Part shown: piece after piece, positions 11,940 to 25,053 of the stretch
Position numbering within the stretch: the first letter of the stretch is position 1
How the letters are laid out: each line of letters begins with the position of its first letter
NCBI GenBank assembly: GCA_010909165.1
Contig: VJWM01000350.1
Coordinates: 1-45,426 of the forward strand
Length of the DNA stretch: 45,426 bases
DNA from: Anthoceros angustus
Lineage: Eukaryota; Plantae; Anthocerotophyta
Reading direction: 5' to 3'
The notes under the pieces: model-generated
Told to the model about the DNA's origin: nothing
Databases searched by the model: none
The model's input: the letters and a program-made list of their open reading frames with translations, nothing else
Translations under genes and position numbers: made by a program

Positions 11940-12371
11940 ACGCTCCTTCTCCTGTTGCACATGCCATATACCTCACACATTGCTTCCACCTCCACACCGC
12001 GCGGCCTCGCACGTCACGGTGCCTCTTTTCTCGCGCGGGCGGTCGCAGGATGGTGGCCCTTTTCATGCGACAATTACTTCCAAGTATGATTTTGTTCACG
12101 GAATATTAGGTTTTCGTTTGGAGATCAGCGGTGCCCCTCGTGGCATGCCTCTTGATTACCTTGTAATATGGGAGTCCGCCATGCTTTTGACTGCACTACC
12201 TCATGGCATGCCTCTTGGATTTACCTAGCAATATGGTAGTCGCCATGGGAATCCATCTTCTCAAACTTGTTTGGCCTATATTGATGAGGTGGAATGAAGT
12301 TGGATTGCGGAGTGTGCGGATCGTGGCGGATGTATCATGGCACTTGGCGAGGCCGTAGAGTGCCAAAAAGG

Positions 12372-13079
12372 GGTTTAGTTTGGTTTGGTTTGGTTTGGTT
12401 TAGTTTGGTTTGGTTTGGTTTGGTTTGGTTTATTTGGTTTGGTTTGGTTTGGTTTGGTTTGGTTTGGTTTAGTTTGGTTGGTTTGGTTTGGTTTGGTTTG
12501 GTTTGGTTGGTTTGGTTTGGTTTGGTTTGGTTTGGTTTGGTTTGGTTTGGTTTAGTTTGGTTTTGGTTTGGTTTGGTTGGTTTGGTTTGGTTTGGTTTGG
12601 TTTGGTTTGGTTTGGTTTGGTTTGGTTTGGTTTGGTTTGGTTTGGTTTATTTGGTTTGGTTTGGTTTATTTGGTTTGGTTTGGTTTGGTTTGGTTTGGTT
12701 TTGGAGTTTGGTTTGGTTGGTTTGGTTGGTTTGGTTTGGTTTATTTGGTTTGGTTTGGTTTGGTTTGGTTTGGTTTGGTTTAGTTTGGTTTGGTTTAGTT
12801 TGGTTTGGTTTGGTTTGGTTTGGTTTAGTTTGGTTGGTTTGGTTTGGTTTGGTTTTGGGTTTGGTTTGGTTTGGTTTGGTTTGGTTTGGTTTGGTTTATT
12901 TGGTTTTGGGGGGTTTGGTTTTGGATTTGGTTTGGTTTGGTTTGGTTTATTTGGTTTGGTTTGGTTTGGTTTGGTTTGGTTTGGTTTGGTTTGGTTTTGG
13001 AGTTTGGTTGGTTTGGTTTTTTGGTTTGGTTTGGTTTTGGGGTTTGGTTTTGGAGTTTGGTTTTGGGGTTTGGTTTGGT
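12372..13079. repeat. Expanded (GGTTT)n tract, ~700 bp
   Basis: Makes this unit ~2.09 kb. Confidence 0.9.
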
Positions 13080-13914
13080 GAGCTATGCCTACCTATTTGA
13101 CTACCTATTTGCCTACCTATTTGACTACCTATTTGTCCTATACAGTCTCCTCTCTCTCCTTACCCACTAAGTCAAGACCTACAAAGCAGTTTTTCGCATC
13201 GTTTCCAAGTCCGGGAAACTGTGCTTCCTCTCTATCTTCGCACCCATGTGTCTTTCAAGCCTAATGAGGATGATTACGGGTCATCTTCGTGTTGGGTCTC
13301 ACCGTCTCGATTGAGGCGATAGATGGCTACATCCAAAGCCGCAAAGGAGTCAATTTGCAGTTATGCAACAAGGGTGTTGAGGCGAAGAACACTTTGTGTT
13401 CCTCTGTCCCATTCATGATGTTTATCAATCTATTCTGACGACTTGGTCTTCACTTTGGGGTGGGTTTTCTCTTTTCGACCCTATTATTGCGGAGGTTGCT
13501 TGAAACAAATGTGGGAAATAAGAGCGCAACATATTCAACTTTTCAACTGCGGATATTTGATTGTGCTTCACACTAGTTTCAAGCGAGACTCGAATAGCGG
13601 TTAATTGTCATAATGCCCTTAGTGTAACTCTATCAAATGAGTGCCATGGAAATCCGTCCTTAGTGGACTTAAATAAAGTAAATTGTCGTTGTTCTATGCA
13701 TTGTTAGCATGCATAAAATTGGAGACCGAAAAGGGGAAAGAAGAGTTTGCAAAGAACTCTCTAGAAGAAGAAGAAGAAGAAGAATTTTATTTAAGTCCAC
13801 TAAGGACGGATTTTTGTCATGGCACTGATCCGACACATATATAGAGACTAGAATGAAATTTAACTGCTATTATGAGGCTGGCGTAGCTTAAATAAAAGGA
13901 ATTTTTATAGAAAA

Positions 13915-14017
13915 GTGCAAGGACTTGGAGGTCACCCATCCAGTACTGATCCGCCCAAGGGCGCTTAACTGCGGAGTTCTGATGGGATCCGTGTCGTTGC
14001 CCTGGTATGACCGCACC
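13915..14017 (-). rRNA. 5S rRNA gene (many deletions as given)
   Basis: Repeat copy, error-rich 3' half. Confidence 0.85.
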
Positions 14018-15448
14018 ACGCTCCTTCTCCTGTTGCACATGCCATATACCTCACATTGCTTCCACCCTCCACCGCGCGCGGCCTCGCACGTCACGGTGCC
14101 CCTCTTTTCTCGCGCGGGCGGTCGCAGGATGGTGGCCCTTTTCATGCACGACAATTACTTCCAAGTATGATTTTGTTCACGGAATATTAGGTTTTCGTTT
14201 GGAGATCAGCGGTGCCCCTCGTGGCATGCCTCTTGATTTACCTTGTAATATGGGAGTCCGCCATGCTGCTTTTGACTGCACTACCTCATGGCATGCCTCT
14301 TGGATTTACCTAGCAATATGGTAGTCGCCATGGGAATCCATCTTCTCAAACTTGTTTGGCCTATATATTGATGAGGTGGAATGAAGTTGGATTGCGGTGT
14401 GCGGATCGTGGCGGATGTATCATGGCACTTGGCGAGGCCGTGAGTGCCAAAAAAGGGGTTTAGTTTGGTTTGGTTTGGTTTGGTTTGGTTTGGTTTGGTT
14501 TGGTTTGGTTTGGTTTGGTTTAGTTTGGTTTGGTTTGGTTTGGTTTAGTTTGGTTTAGTTTGGTTTGGTTTGGTTTGGTTTGGTTTGGTTTGGTTTGGTT
14601 TGGTGAGCTATGCCTACCTATTTGACTACCTATTTGCCTACCTTTTTGTTGTTGACTACCTATTTGTCCTATACGGTCTCCTCTCTCCTTACCCACTAAG
14701 TGAAGACCTACAAGCAGTTTTTTCGCATCGTTTCCAAGTCCGGGAAACTGTGCTTCCTCTCTATCTTAGCACCCATGTGTCTTTCAAGCCTAATGAGGAT
14801 GATTACGGTCATCTTCGTGTTGGGTCTCACCGTCTCGGGATTGAGGCGATAGATGGCTACATCCAAAGCCGCAAAGGAGTCCAATTTGCAGTTATGCAAC
14901 AAGGGTGTTGAGGCGAAGAACACTTTGTGTTCCTCGTCCCATTCATGATGTTTATCAATCTATTCTGACGACTTGGTCTTCACTTTGGGGTGGGTTTTCT
15001 CTTTTCGACCCTATTATTATTGCGGAGGTTGCTTGAAACAAATGTGGAAATAAGAACGCAACATATTCAACTTTTCAACTGCGGATATTTGATTGTGCTT
15101 CACACTAGTTTCAAGCGAGACTCGAATAGCGGTTAATTGTCATAATGCCCTTAGTGTAACTCTATCAAATGAGTGCCATGGAAATCCGTCCTTAGTGGAC
15201 TTAAATAAAGTAAATTGTCGTTGTTCTATGCATTGTTAGCATGCATAAAATTGGAGACGAAAGGGGAAAGAAGAGTTTGCAAAGAACTCTCTCTAGAAGA
15301 AGAAGAAGAAGAAGAAGAATTTTATTTAAGTCCACTAAGGACGGATTTTTGTCATGGCACTGATCCGACACATATATAGAGACTAGAATGAAATTTAACG
15401 CTATTATGAGGCTGGCGTAGCTTAAATAAAAGGAATTTTTATAGAAAA

Positions 15449-15562
15449 GGGTGCAGCACCAGGACTTCCGGAGGTCACCCATCCCGATCTTGATCCGGCC
15501 CAAGGGCGCTTAACTGCGGAGTTCTGATGGGATCCGGTGTCGTTGCCTGGTATGACCGCACC
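15449..15562 (-). rRNA. 5S rRNA gene (loop E variant)
   Basis: Repeat copy; GATCTT in place of AGTACT. Confidence 0.9.
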
Positions 15563-17032
15563 ACGCTCCTTCTCCTGTTGCACATGCCATATACCTCACA
15601 TTGCTTCCACCCTCCACACCGCGCGCGGCCCTCGCACGTCACGGTGCCCCTCTTTTCTCGCGCGGGCGGTCGCAGGATGGTGGCCCTTTTCATGCACGAC
15701 AATTACTTCCAAGTATGATTTTGTTCAGGAATATTAGGTTTTCGTTTGGAGATCGGTGCCCCTCGTGGCATGCCTCTTGGATTTACCTTGTAATATGGGA
15801 GTCCGCCATGCTGCTTTTGACTGCACTACCTCATGGCATGCCTCTTGGATTTACCTAGCAATATGGTAGTCGCCATGGAATCCATCTTCTCAAACTTGTT
15901 TGGCCTATATATTGATGAGGTGGAATGAAGTTGGATTTGGTTTTGGAGATCGTGGCGGATGTATCATGGCACTTAGGCGAGGCCGTGAGTGCCAAAAAAG
16001 GGGTTTAGTTTGGTTTGGTTTGGTTTGGTTTGGTTTATTTGGTTTGGTTTGGTTTGGTTGGTTTGGTTTGGTTTGGTTTGGTTTGGTTTGGTTTAGTTTG
16101 GTTTGGTTTAGTTTGGTTTGGTTTGGTTTGGTTTGTTTGGTTTGGTTTGGTTTATTTGGTTTGTTTGGTTTGGTTTGGTTTGGTTTGGTTTGGTGAGCTA
16201 TGCCTACCTATTTGACTACCTATTTGCCTACCTTTTTGTTGTTGACTACCTATTTGTCCTATACAGTCTCCTCTCTCCCTTACCCACTAAGTCAAGACCT
16301 ACAAGCAGTTTTCGCATCGTTTCCAAGTCCGGGAAACTGTGCTTCCTCTCTATCTTCGCACCCATGTGTCTTTCAAGCCTAATGAGGATGATTACGGTCA
16401 TCTTCGTGTTGGGTCTCACCGTCTCGGGATTGAGGCGATAGATGGCTACATCCAAAGCCGCAAAGGAGTCCAATTTGCAGATTATGCAACAAGGGTGTTG
16501 AGGCGAAGAACACTTTGTGTTCCTCTGTCCCATTCATGATGTTTATCAATCTATTTACGACTTGGTCTTCACTTTGGGGTGGGTTTTCTCTTTTCGACCC
16601 TATTATTGCGGAGGTTGCTTGAAACAAATGTGGGAAATAAGAGCAACATATTCAACTTTTCAACTGCGGATATTTGATTGTGCTTCACACTAGTTTCAAG
16701 CGAGACTCGAATAGCGGTTAATTGTCATAATGCCCTTAGTGTAACTCTATCAAATGAGTGCCATGGAAATCCGTCCTTAGTGGACTTAAATAAAGTAAAT
16801 TGTCGTTGTTCTATGCGGTTGTTAGCATGCATAAAATTGGAGACCGAAAAGGGGAAAGAAGAGTTTGCAAAGAACTCTCTAGAAGAAGAAGAAGAAGAAG
16901 AAGAATTTTATTTAAGTCCACTAAGGACGGATTTTGTCATGGCACTGATCCGACACATATAGAGACTAGAATGAAATTTAACTGCTATTATGAGGCTGGC
17001 GTAGCTTAAATAAAAGGAATTTTTATAGAAAA

Positions 17033-17143
17033 GGGTGCAGCAAGGACTTCCGGAGGTCACCCATCCCAAGATCGATCCGGCCCAAGGCGCTTAACTGCGG
17101 AGTTCTGATGGGATCGGTGTCGTTGCCCTGGTATGACCGCACC
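17033..17143 (-). rRNA. 5S rRNA gene (loop E variant)
   Basis: Repeat copy; AAGATC in place of AGTACT. Confidence 0.9.
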
Positions 17144-18627
17144 ACGCTCCTTCTCCTGTTGCACATGCCATATACCTCACACATTGCTTCCACCCTCCAC
17201 CGCGCGCGGCCCTCGCACGTCACGGTGCCCCTCTTTTCTCGCGCGGGCGGTCGCAGGGATGGTGGCCCTTTTCATGCGACAATTACTTCCAAGTATGATT
17301 TTGTTCACTGGAATATTAGGTTTTCGTTTGGAGATCGGTGCCCCTCGTGGCATGCCTCTTGATTTACCTTGTAATATGGGAGTCCGCCATGCTGCTTTTG
17401 ACTGCACTACCTCATGGCATGCCTCTTGGATTTACCTAGCAATATGGTGATACGCCATGGAATCCATCTTCTCCAAACTTGTTTGGCCTATATATTGATG
17501 AGGTGGAATGAAGTTGGATTGGTGTGCGGATCGTGGCGGATGTATCATGGCACTTGGCGAGGCCGTGAGTGCCAAAAAAAAAGGGGTTTGGTTTGGTTTG
17601 GTTTGGTTTGGTTTGGTTTGGTTTGGTTTATTTTTTTGGTTTGGTTTGGTTTGGTTTGGTTTGGTTTGGTTTAGTTTGGTTTGGTTTGGTTTGGTTTGGT
17701 TTGGTTTGGTTTGGTTTGGTTTAGTTTGGTTTGGTTTAGTTTGGTTTGGTTTGGTTTGGTTTGGTTTGGTTTGGTTTGGTTTGGTTTGGTTTGGTGAGCT
17801 ATGCCTACCTATTTGACTACCTATTTGCCTACCTTTTTGTTGTTGACTACCTATTTGTCCTATACAGTCTCCTCTCTCTCCCTTACCCACTAAGTCAAGA
17901 CCTACAAGCAGTTTTTTCGTTTCCAAGTCCGGGAAACTGTGCTTCCTCTCTATCTTCGCACCCATGTGTCTTTCAAGCCTAATGAGGATGATTACGGGTC
18001 ATCTTCGTGTTGGGTCTCACCGTCTCGGGATTGAGGCGATAGATGGCTACATCCAAAGCCGAAAAGGAGTCAATTTGCATTATGCAACAAGGGTGTTGAG
18101 GCAAGAACACTTTGTGTTCCTCTCCCATTCATGATGTTTATCAATCTATTTACGACTTGGTCTTCACTTTGGGGTGGGTTTTTCTCTTTTCGACCCTATT
18201 ATTGCGGAGGTTGCTTGAAACAAATGTGGGAAATAAGAGCAACATATTCAACTTTTCAACTGCGGATATTTGATTGTGCTTCACACTAGTTTCAAGGCGA
18301 GACTCGAATAGCGGTTAATTGTCATAATGCCCTTAGTGTAACTCTATCAAATGAGTGCCATGGAATCCGTCCTTAGTGGACTTAAATAAAGTAAATTGTC
18401 GTTGTTCTATGCATTGTTAGCATGCATAAAATTGGAGACCGAAAAGGGGAAAGAAGAGTTTGCAAAGAACTCTCTAGAAGAAGAAGAAGAAGAAGAAGAA
18501 TTTTATTTAAGTCCACTAAGGACGGATTTTGTCATGGCACCGATCCGACACATATAGAGACTAGAATGAAATTTAACTGCTATTATGAGGCTGGCGTAGC
18601 TTAAATAAAAGGAATTTTTATAGAAAA

Positions 18628-18739
18628 GGGTGCAGCAGGACTTCCGGGAGGTCACCCATCCCGATCTTGATCCGGCCCAAGGGCGCTTAACTGCGGAGTT
18701 CTGATGGGATCCGGTGTCGTTGCCTGGTATGACCGCACC
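18628..18739 (-). rRNA. 5S rRNA gene (loop E variant)
   Basis: Repeat copy. Confidence 0.9.
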
Positions 18740-20241
18740 ACGCTCCTTCTCCTGTTGCACATGCCATATACCTCACATTGCTTCCACCCTCCACCGCGCG
18801 CGGCCTCGCACGTCACGGTGCCCCTCTTTCTCGCGGGCGGTCGCAGGATGGTGGCCCTTTTCATGCGACAATTACTTCCAAGTATGATTTTGTTCATGGA
18901 ATATTAGGTTTTCGTTTGGAGATCGGTGGTGCCCCTCGTGGCATGCCTCTTGATTACCTTGTAATATGGGAGTCCGCCATGCTGCTTTTGACTGCACTAC
19001 CTCATGGCATGCCTCTTGGATTTACCTAGCAATATGGTAGTGCCATGGAATCCATCTTCTCAAACTTGTTTGGCCTATATATTGATGAGGTGGAATGAAG
19101 TTGGATTGCGGAGTGTGCGGATCGTGGCGGATGTATCATGGCATGCCTCTTGGATTTACCTAGCAATATGGTAGTGCCAAAAAGGGGTTTGGTTGGTTTA
19201 GTTTGGTTTGGTTTGGTTTGGTTTGGTTTGGTTTAGTTTGGTTTGGTTTAGTTTGGTTTGGTTTGGTTTGGTTTGGTTTGGTTTATTGGTTTGGTTTGGT
19301 TTGGTTTGGTTTGGTTTGGTTTGGTTTATTTGGTTTGGTTTGGTTTGGTTTATTTGGTTTGGTTTGGTTTGGTTTATTTGGTTTGGTTTGGTTTGGTGAG
19401 CTATGCCTACCTATTTGACTACCTATTTGCCTACCTTTTTGTTGTTGACTACCTATTTGTCCTATACGGTCTCCTCTCTCTCCTTACCCACTAAGTCAAG
19501 ACCTACAAGCAGTTTTTCGCATCGTTTCCAAGTCCGGGAAACGTGCTTCCTCTCTATCTTCGCACCCATGTGTCTTTCAAGCCTAATGAGGATGATTACG
19601 GTCATCTTCGTGTTGGGTCTCACCGTCTCGGGATTGAGGCGATAGATGGCTACATCCAAAGCCGCAAAAGGAGTCCAATTTGCAGTTATGCAACAAGGGT
19701 GTTGAGGCGAAGAACACTTTGTGTTCCTCATCCCATTCATGATGTTTATCAATCTATTTACGACTTGGTCTTCACTTTGGGGTGGGTTTTCTCTTTTCGA
19801 CCCTATTATTGCGGAGGTTGCTTGAAACAAATGTGGGAAATAAGAACGCAACATATTCAACTTTTCAACTGCGGATATTTGATTGTGCTTCACACTAGTT
19901 TCAAGGCGAGACTCGAATAGCGGTTAATTGTCATAATGCCCTTAGTGTAACTCTATCAAATGAGTGCCATGAAATCCGTCCTTAGTGGACTTAAATAAAG
20001 TAAATTGTCGTTGTTCTATGGGTTGTTAGCATGCATAAAATTGGAGACCGAAAAGGGGAAAGAAGAGTTTGCAAAGAACTCTCTCTAGAAGAAGAAGAAG
20101 AAGAAGAAGAATTTTATTTAAGTCCACTAAGGACGGATTTTGTCATGGCACCGATCCGACACATATATAGAGACTAGAATGAAATTTAACTGCTATTATG
20201 AGGCTGGCGTAGCTTAAATAAAAGGAATTTTTATAGAAAAA

Positions 20242-20362
20242 GGGTTTAGTTTGGTTTTGGATTTGGTTTTGGAGGTCACCCATCCCGATCTTGATCCGGC
20301 CCAAGGCGCTTAACTGCGGAGTTCTGATGGGATCCGGTGTCGTTGCCTGGTATGACCGCACC
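20242..20362 (-). pseudogene. 5S copy whose 3' ~25 nt are replaced by GGTTT-like sequence (possibly artefact)
   Basis: agggtttagtttggttttggatttggttttggaggtcacc at 20241-20280. Confidence 0.7.
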
Positions 20363-21824
20363 ACGCTCCTTCTCTGTTGCACATGCCATATACCTCACAT
20401 TGCTTCCACCTCCACACCGCGCGCGGCCCTCGCACGTCACGGTGCCCCTCTTTCTCGCGCGGGCGGTCGCAGGATGGTGGCCTTTTCATGCACGACAATT
20501 ACTTCCAAGTATGATTTTGTTCGGAATATTAGGTTTTCGTTTGGAGATCAGCGGTGCCCCTCGTGGCATGCCTCTTGATTACCTTGTAATATGGGAGTCC
20601 GCCATGCTTTTGAGCACTACCTCATGGCATGCCTCTTGGATTTACCTAGCAATATGGTAGTCCGCCATGGAATCCATCTTCTCAAACTTGTTTGGCCTAT
20701 ATTGATGAGGTGGAATGAAGTTGGATTGCGGAGTGTGCGGATCGTGGCGGATGTATCATGGCACTTGGGCGAGGCCGTAGAGTGCCAAAAAGGGTTTAGT
20801 TTGGTTTGGTTTGGTTTGGTTTGGTTTAGTTTGGTTTGGTTTGGTTTATTTGGTTTGGTTTGGTTGGTTTGGTTTGGTTTGTTTAGTTTGGTTGGTTTGG
20901 TTGGTTTGGTTTGGTTTGGTTTGGTTTATTTGGTTTGGTTTGGTTTGGTTTAGTTTGGTTTGGTTTGGTTTGGTTGGTTTGGTTTGGTGAGCTATGCCTA
21001 CCTATTTGACTACCTATTTGCCTACCTTTTTGTTGTTGACTACCTATTTGTCCTATACGGTCTCCTCTCTCCTTACCCACTAAGTGAAGACCTACAAGCA
21101 GTTTTTCGCATCGTTTCCAAGTCCGGGAAACGTGCTTCCTCTATCTTAGCACCCATGTGTCTTTCAAGCCTAATGAGGATGATTACGGGTCATCTTCGTG
21201 TTGGGTCTCACCGTCTCGGGATTGAGGCGATAGATGGCTACATCCAAAGCCGCAAAAGGAGTCAATTTGCAGTTATGCAACAAGGGTGTTGAGAAGAACA
21301 CTTTGTGTTCCTCTGTCCCATTCATGATGTTTATCAATCTATTCTGACGACTTGGTCTTCACTTTGGGGTGGGTTTTTCTCTTTTCGACCCTATTATTGG
21401 AGGTTGCTTGAAACAAATGTGGGAAATAAGGCAACATATTCAACTTTTCAACTGCCAGATATTTGATTGTGCTTCACAGACTAGTTTCAAGCGAGACTCG
21501 AATAGCGGTTAATTGTCATAATGCCCTTAGTGTAACTCTATCAAATGAGTGCCATGACGGAAATCCGTCCTTAGTGGACTTAAATAAAGTAAATTGTCGT
21601 TGTTCTGCACTTGTTAGCATGCATAAAATTGGAGACGAAAAGGGGAAAGAAGAGTTTGCAAAGAACTCTCTAGAAGAAGAAGAAGAAGAAGAAGAATTTT
21701 ATTTAAGTCCACTAAGGACGGATTTTTGTCATGGCACCGATCCGACACATATATAGAGACTAGAATGAAATTTAACGCTATTATGAGGTGGCGTAGCTTA
21801 AATAAAAGGAATTTTTATAGAAAA

Positions 21825-21932
21825 GGGTGCAGCAGGACTTCCGGAGGTCACCCATCCCAAGATCGATCCGGCCCAAGGCGCTTAACTGGAGTTCGATGGG
21901 ATCCGGTGTCGTTGCCCTGGTATGACCGCACC
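21825..21932 (-). rRNA. 5S rRNA gene (loop E variant)
   Basis: Repeat copy. Confidence 0.88.
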
Positions 21933-23402
21933 ACGCTCCTTCTCCTGCACATGCCATATACCTCACATTGCTTCCACCTCCACCGCGCGGCCCTCGCACG
22001 TCACGGTGCCCCTCTTTTCTCGCGGCGGTCGCGGGGATGGTGGCCCTTTTCATGCACAATTACTTCCAAGTATGATTTTGTTCACGGAATATTAGGTTTT
22101 CGTTTGGAGATCAGCGGTGCCCCTCGTGGCATGCCTCTTGATTACCTTGTAATATGGGAGTCCGCCATGCTGCTTTTGACTGCACTACCTCATGGCATGC
22201 CTCTTGGATTTACCTTGTAATATGGGAGTCCGCCATGGAATCCATCTTCTCAAACTTGTTTGGCCTATATATTGATGAGGTGGAATGAAGTTGGATTTGG
22301 TTTGGTTTTGGAGATCGTGGCGGATGTATCATGGCACTTGGGCGAGGCCGTAGAGTGCCAAAAAGGGTTTAGTTTGGTTTGGTTTGGTTGGTTTGGTTTG
22401 GTTTGGTTTGGTTTGGTTTGGTTTGGTTTAGTTTGGTTTGGTTTGGTTTAGTTTGGTTTGGTTTGGTTTGGTTTGGTTTGGTTTAGTTTGGTTTGGTTTA
22501 TTTGGTTTGGTTTTGGAGTTTGGTTTGGTTTGGTTTGGTTTGGTTTGGTTTGGTTTGGTTTGGTGAGCTATGCCTACCTGTTGACTACCTATTTGCCTAC
22601 CTTTTTGTTGACTACCTATTTGTCCTATACGGTCTCCTCTCTCCTTACCCACTGTGAAGACCTACAAGCAGTTTTTCGCATCGTTTCCAAGTCCGGGAAA
22701 CGTGCTTCCTCTCTATCTTAGCACCCATGTGTCTTTCAAGCCTAATGAGGATGATTACGGGTCATCTTGTGTTGGGTCTCACCGTCTCGGGATTGAGACG
22801 ATAGATGGCTACATCCAAAGCCGAAAAGGAGTCCAATTTGCATTATGCAACAAGGGTGTTGAGGCAAGAACACTTTGTGTTCCTCTCCCATTCATGATGT
22901 TTATCAATCTATTTACGACTTGGTCTTCACTTTGGGGTGGGTTTTCTCTTTTCGACCCTATTATTGCGGAGGTTGCTTGAAACAAATGTGGGAAATAAGA
23001 GCATAACATATTCAACTTTTCAACTGCCAGATATTTGATTGTGCTTCACAGCACTAGTTTCAAGCGAGACTCGAATAGCGGTTAATTGTCATAATGCCCT
23101 TAGTGTAACTCTATCAAATGAGTGCCATGGCGGAAATCCGTCCTTAGTGGACTTAAATAAAGTAAATTGTCGTTGTTCTATGCGGTTGTTAGCATGCATA
23201 AAATTGGAGACCGAAAAGGGGAAAGAAGAGTTTGCAAAGAACTCTCTCTAGAAGAAGAAGAAGAAGAAGAATTTTATTTAAGTCCACTAAGGACGGATTT
23301 TTGTCATGGCACTGATCCGACACATATATAGAGAGACTAGAATGAAATTTAACGCTATTATGAGGCTGGCGTAGCTTAAATAAAAGGAATTTTTATAGAA
23401 AA

Positions 23403-23500
23403 GTGCGACAGGACTTCCGGAGGTCACCCATCCGATCTTGATCCGGCCCAAGGCGCTTAACTGCGGAGTTCGATGGAAGAAGAAGAATTTTTATAACCGC
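23403..23500 (-). pseudogene. 5S copy with nt ~13-33 replaced by a LINE-tail-like (TTC)n piece
   Basis: gagttcgatgg|aagaagaagaatttt|tataaccgc. Confidence 0.7.
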
Positions 23501-24945
23501 TGCTCCTTCTCCTGCACATGCCATATACCTCACATTGCTTCCACCTCCACCGCGGCCCTCGCACGTCACGGTGCCCCTCTTTTCTCGCGCGGGCGGTCGC
23601 AGGGATGGTGGCCTTTTCATGCACGACAATTACTTCCAAGTATGATTTTGTTCACGGAATATTAGGTTTTCGTTTGGAGATCGGTGGTGCCCCTCGTGGC
23701 ATGCCTCTTGATTACCTTGTAATATGGGAGTCCGCCATGCTGCTTTTGCACTACCTCATGGCATGCCTCTTGGATTTACCTAGCAATATGGTAGTGCCAT
23801 GGAATCCATCTTCTCAAACTTGTTTGGCCTATATATTGATGAGGTGGAATGAAGTTGGATTGCGAGTGTGCGGATCGTGGCGGATGTATCATGGCACTTG
23901 GGCGAGGCCGTAGAGTGCCAAAAAGGTTTAGTTTGGTTTGGTTTGGTTTGGTTTGGTTTAGTTTGGTTTGGTTTGGTTTAGTTTGGTTTGGTTTGGTTTA
24001 GTTTGGTTTGGTTTGGTTTGGTTGGTTTGGTTTAGTTTGGTTTGGTTTGGTTTGGTTTGGTTTGGTTTGGTTTGGTTTGGTTTGGTTTGGTTTAGTTTGG
24101 TTTGGTTTGGTGAGCTATGCCTACCTATTTGACTACCTATTTGCCTACCTTTTTGTTGACTACCTATTTGTCCTATACGGTCTCCTCTCTCTCCCTTACC
24201 CACTGTCAAGACCTACAAGCAGTTTTTTCGCATCGTTTCCAAGTCCGGGAAACCTGCTTCCTCTCTATCTTCGCACCCATGTGTCTTTCAAGCCTAATGA
24301 GGATGATTACGGGTCATCTTCGTGTTGGGTCTCACCGTCTCGGGATTGAGGCGATAGATGGCTACATCAAAGCCGAAAAGGAGTCAATTTGCATTATGCA
24401 ACAAGGGTGTTGAGGCAAGAACACTTTGTGTTCCTCCCATTCATGATGTTTATCAATCTATTTACGACTTGGTCTTCACTTTGGGGTGGGTTTTCTCTTT
24501 TCGACCCTATTATTGCGGAGGTTGCTTGAAACAAATGTGGGAAATAAGAGCAACATATTCAACTTTTCAACTGCGGATATTTGATTGTGCTTCACACTAG
24601 TTTCAAGCGAGACTCGAATAGCGGTTAATTGTCATAATGCCCTTAGTGTAACTCTATCAAATGAGTGCCATGGCGGAAATCCGTCCTTAGTGGACTTAAA
24701 TAAAGTAAATTATCGTTGTTCTATGCGGTTGTTAGCATGCATAAAATTGGAGACCGAAAAGGGGAAAGAAGAGTTTGCAAAGAACTCTCTCTAGAAGAAG
24801 AAGAAGAAGAAGAATTTTATTTAAGTCCACTAAGGACGGATTTTTGTCATGGCACTGATCCGACACATATAGAGAGACTAGAATGAAATTTAACTGCTAT
24901 TATGAGGCTGGCGTAGCTTAAATAAAAGGAATTTTTATAGAAAAA

Positions 24946-25053
24946 GGTGCAGCACCGGACTTCGGAGGTCACCCATCCCGATCTTGATCCGGCCCAAGGG
25001 CGCTTAACTGAGTTCTGATGGGATCCGGTGTCGTTGCCTGGTATGACCGCACC
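24946..25053 (-). rRNA. 5S rRNA gene (loop E variant)
   Basis: Repeat copy. Confidence 0.88.
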
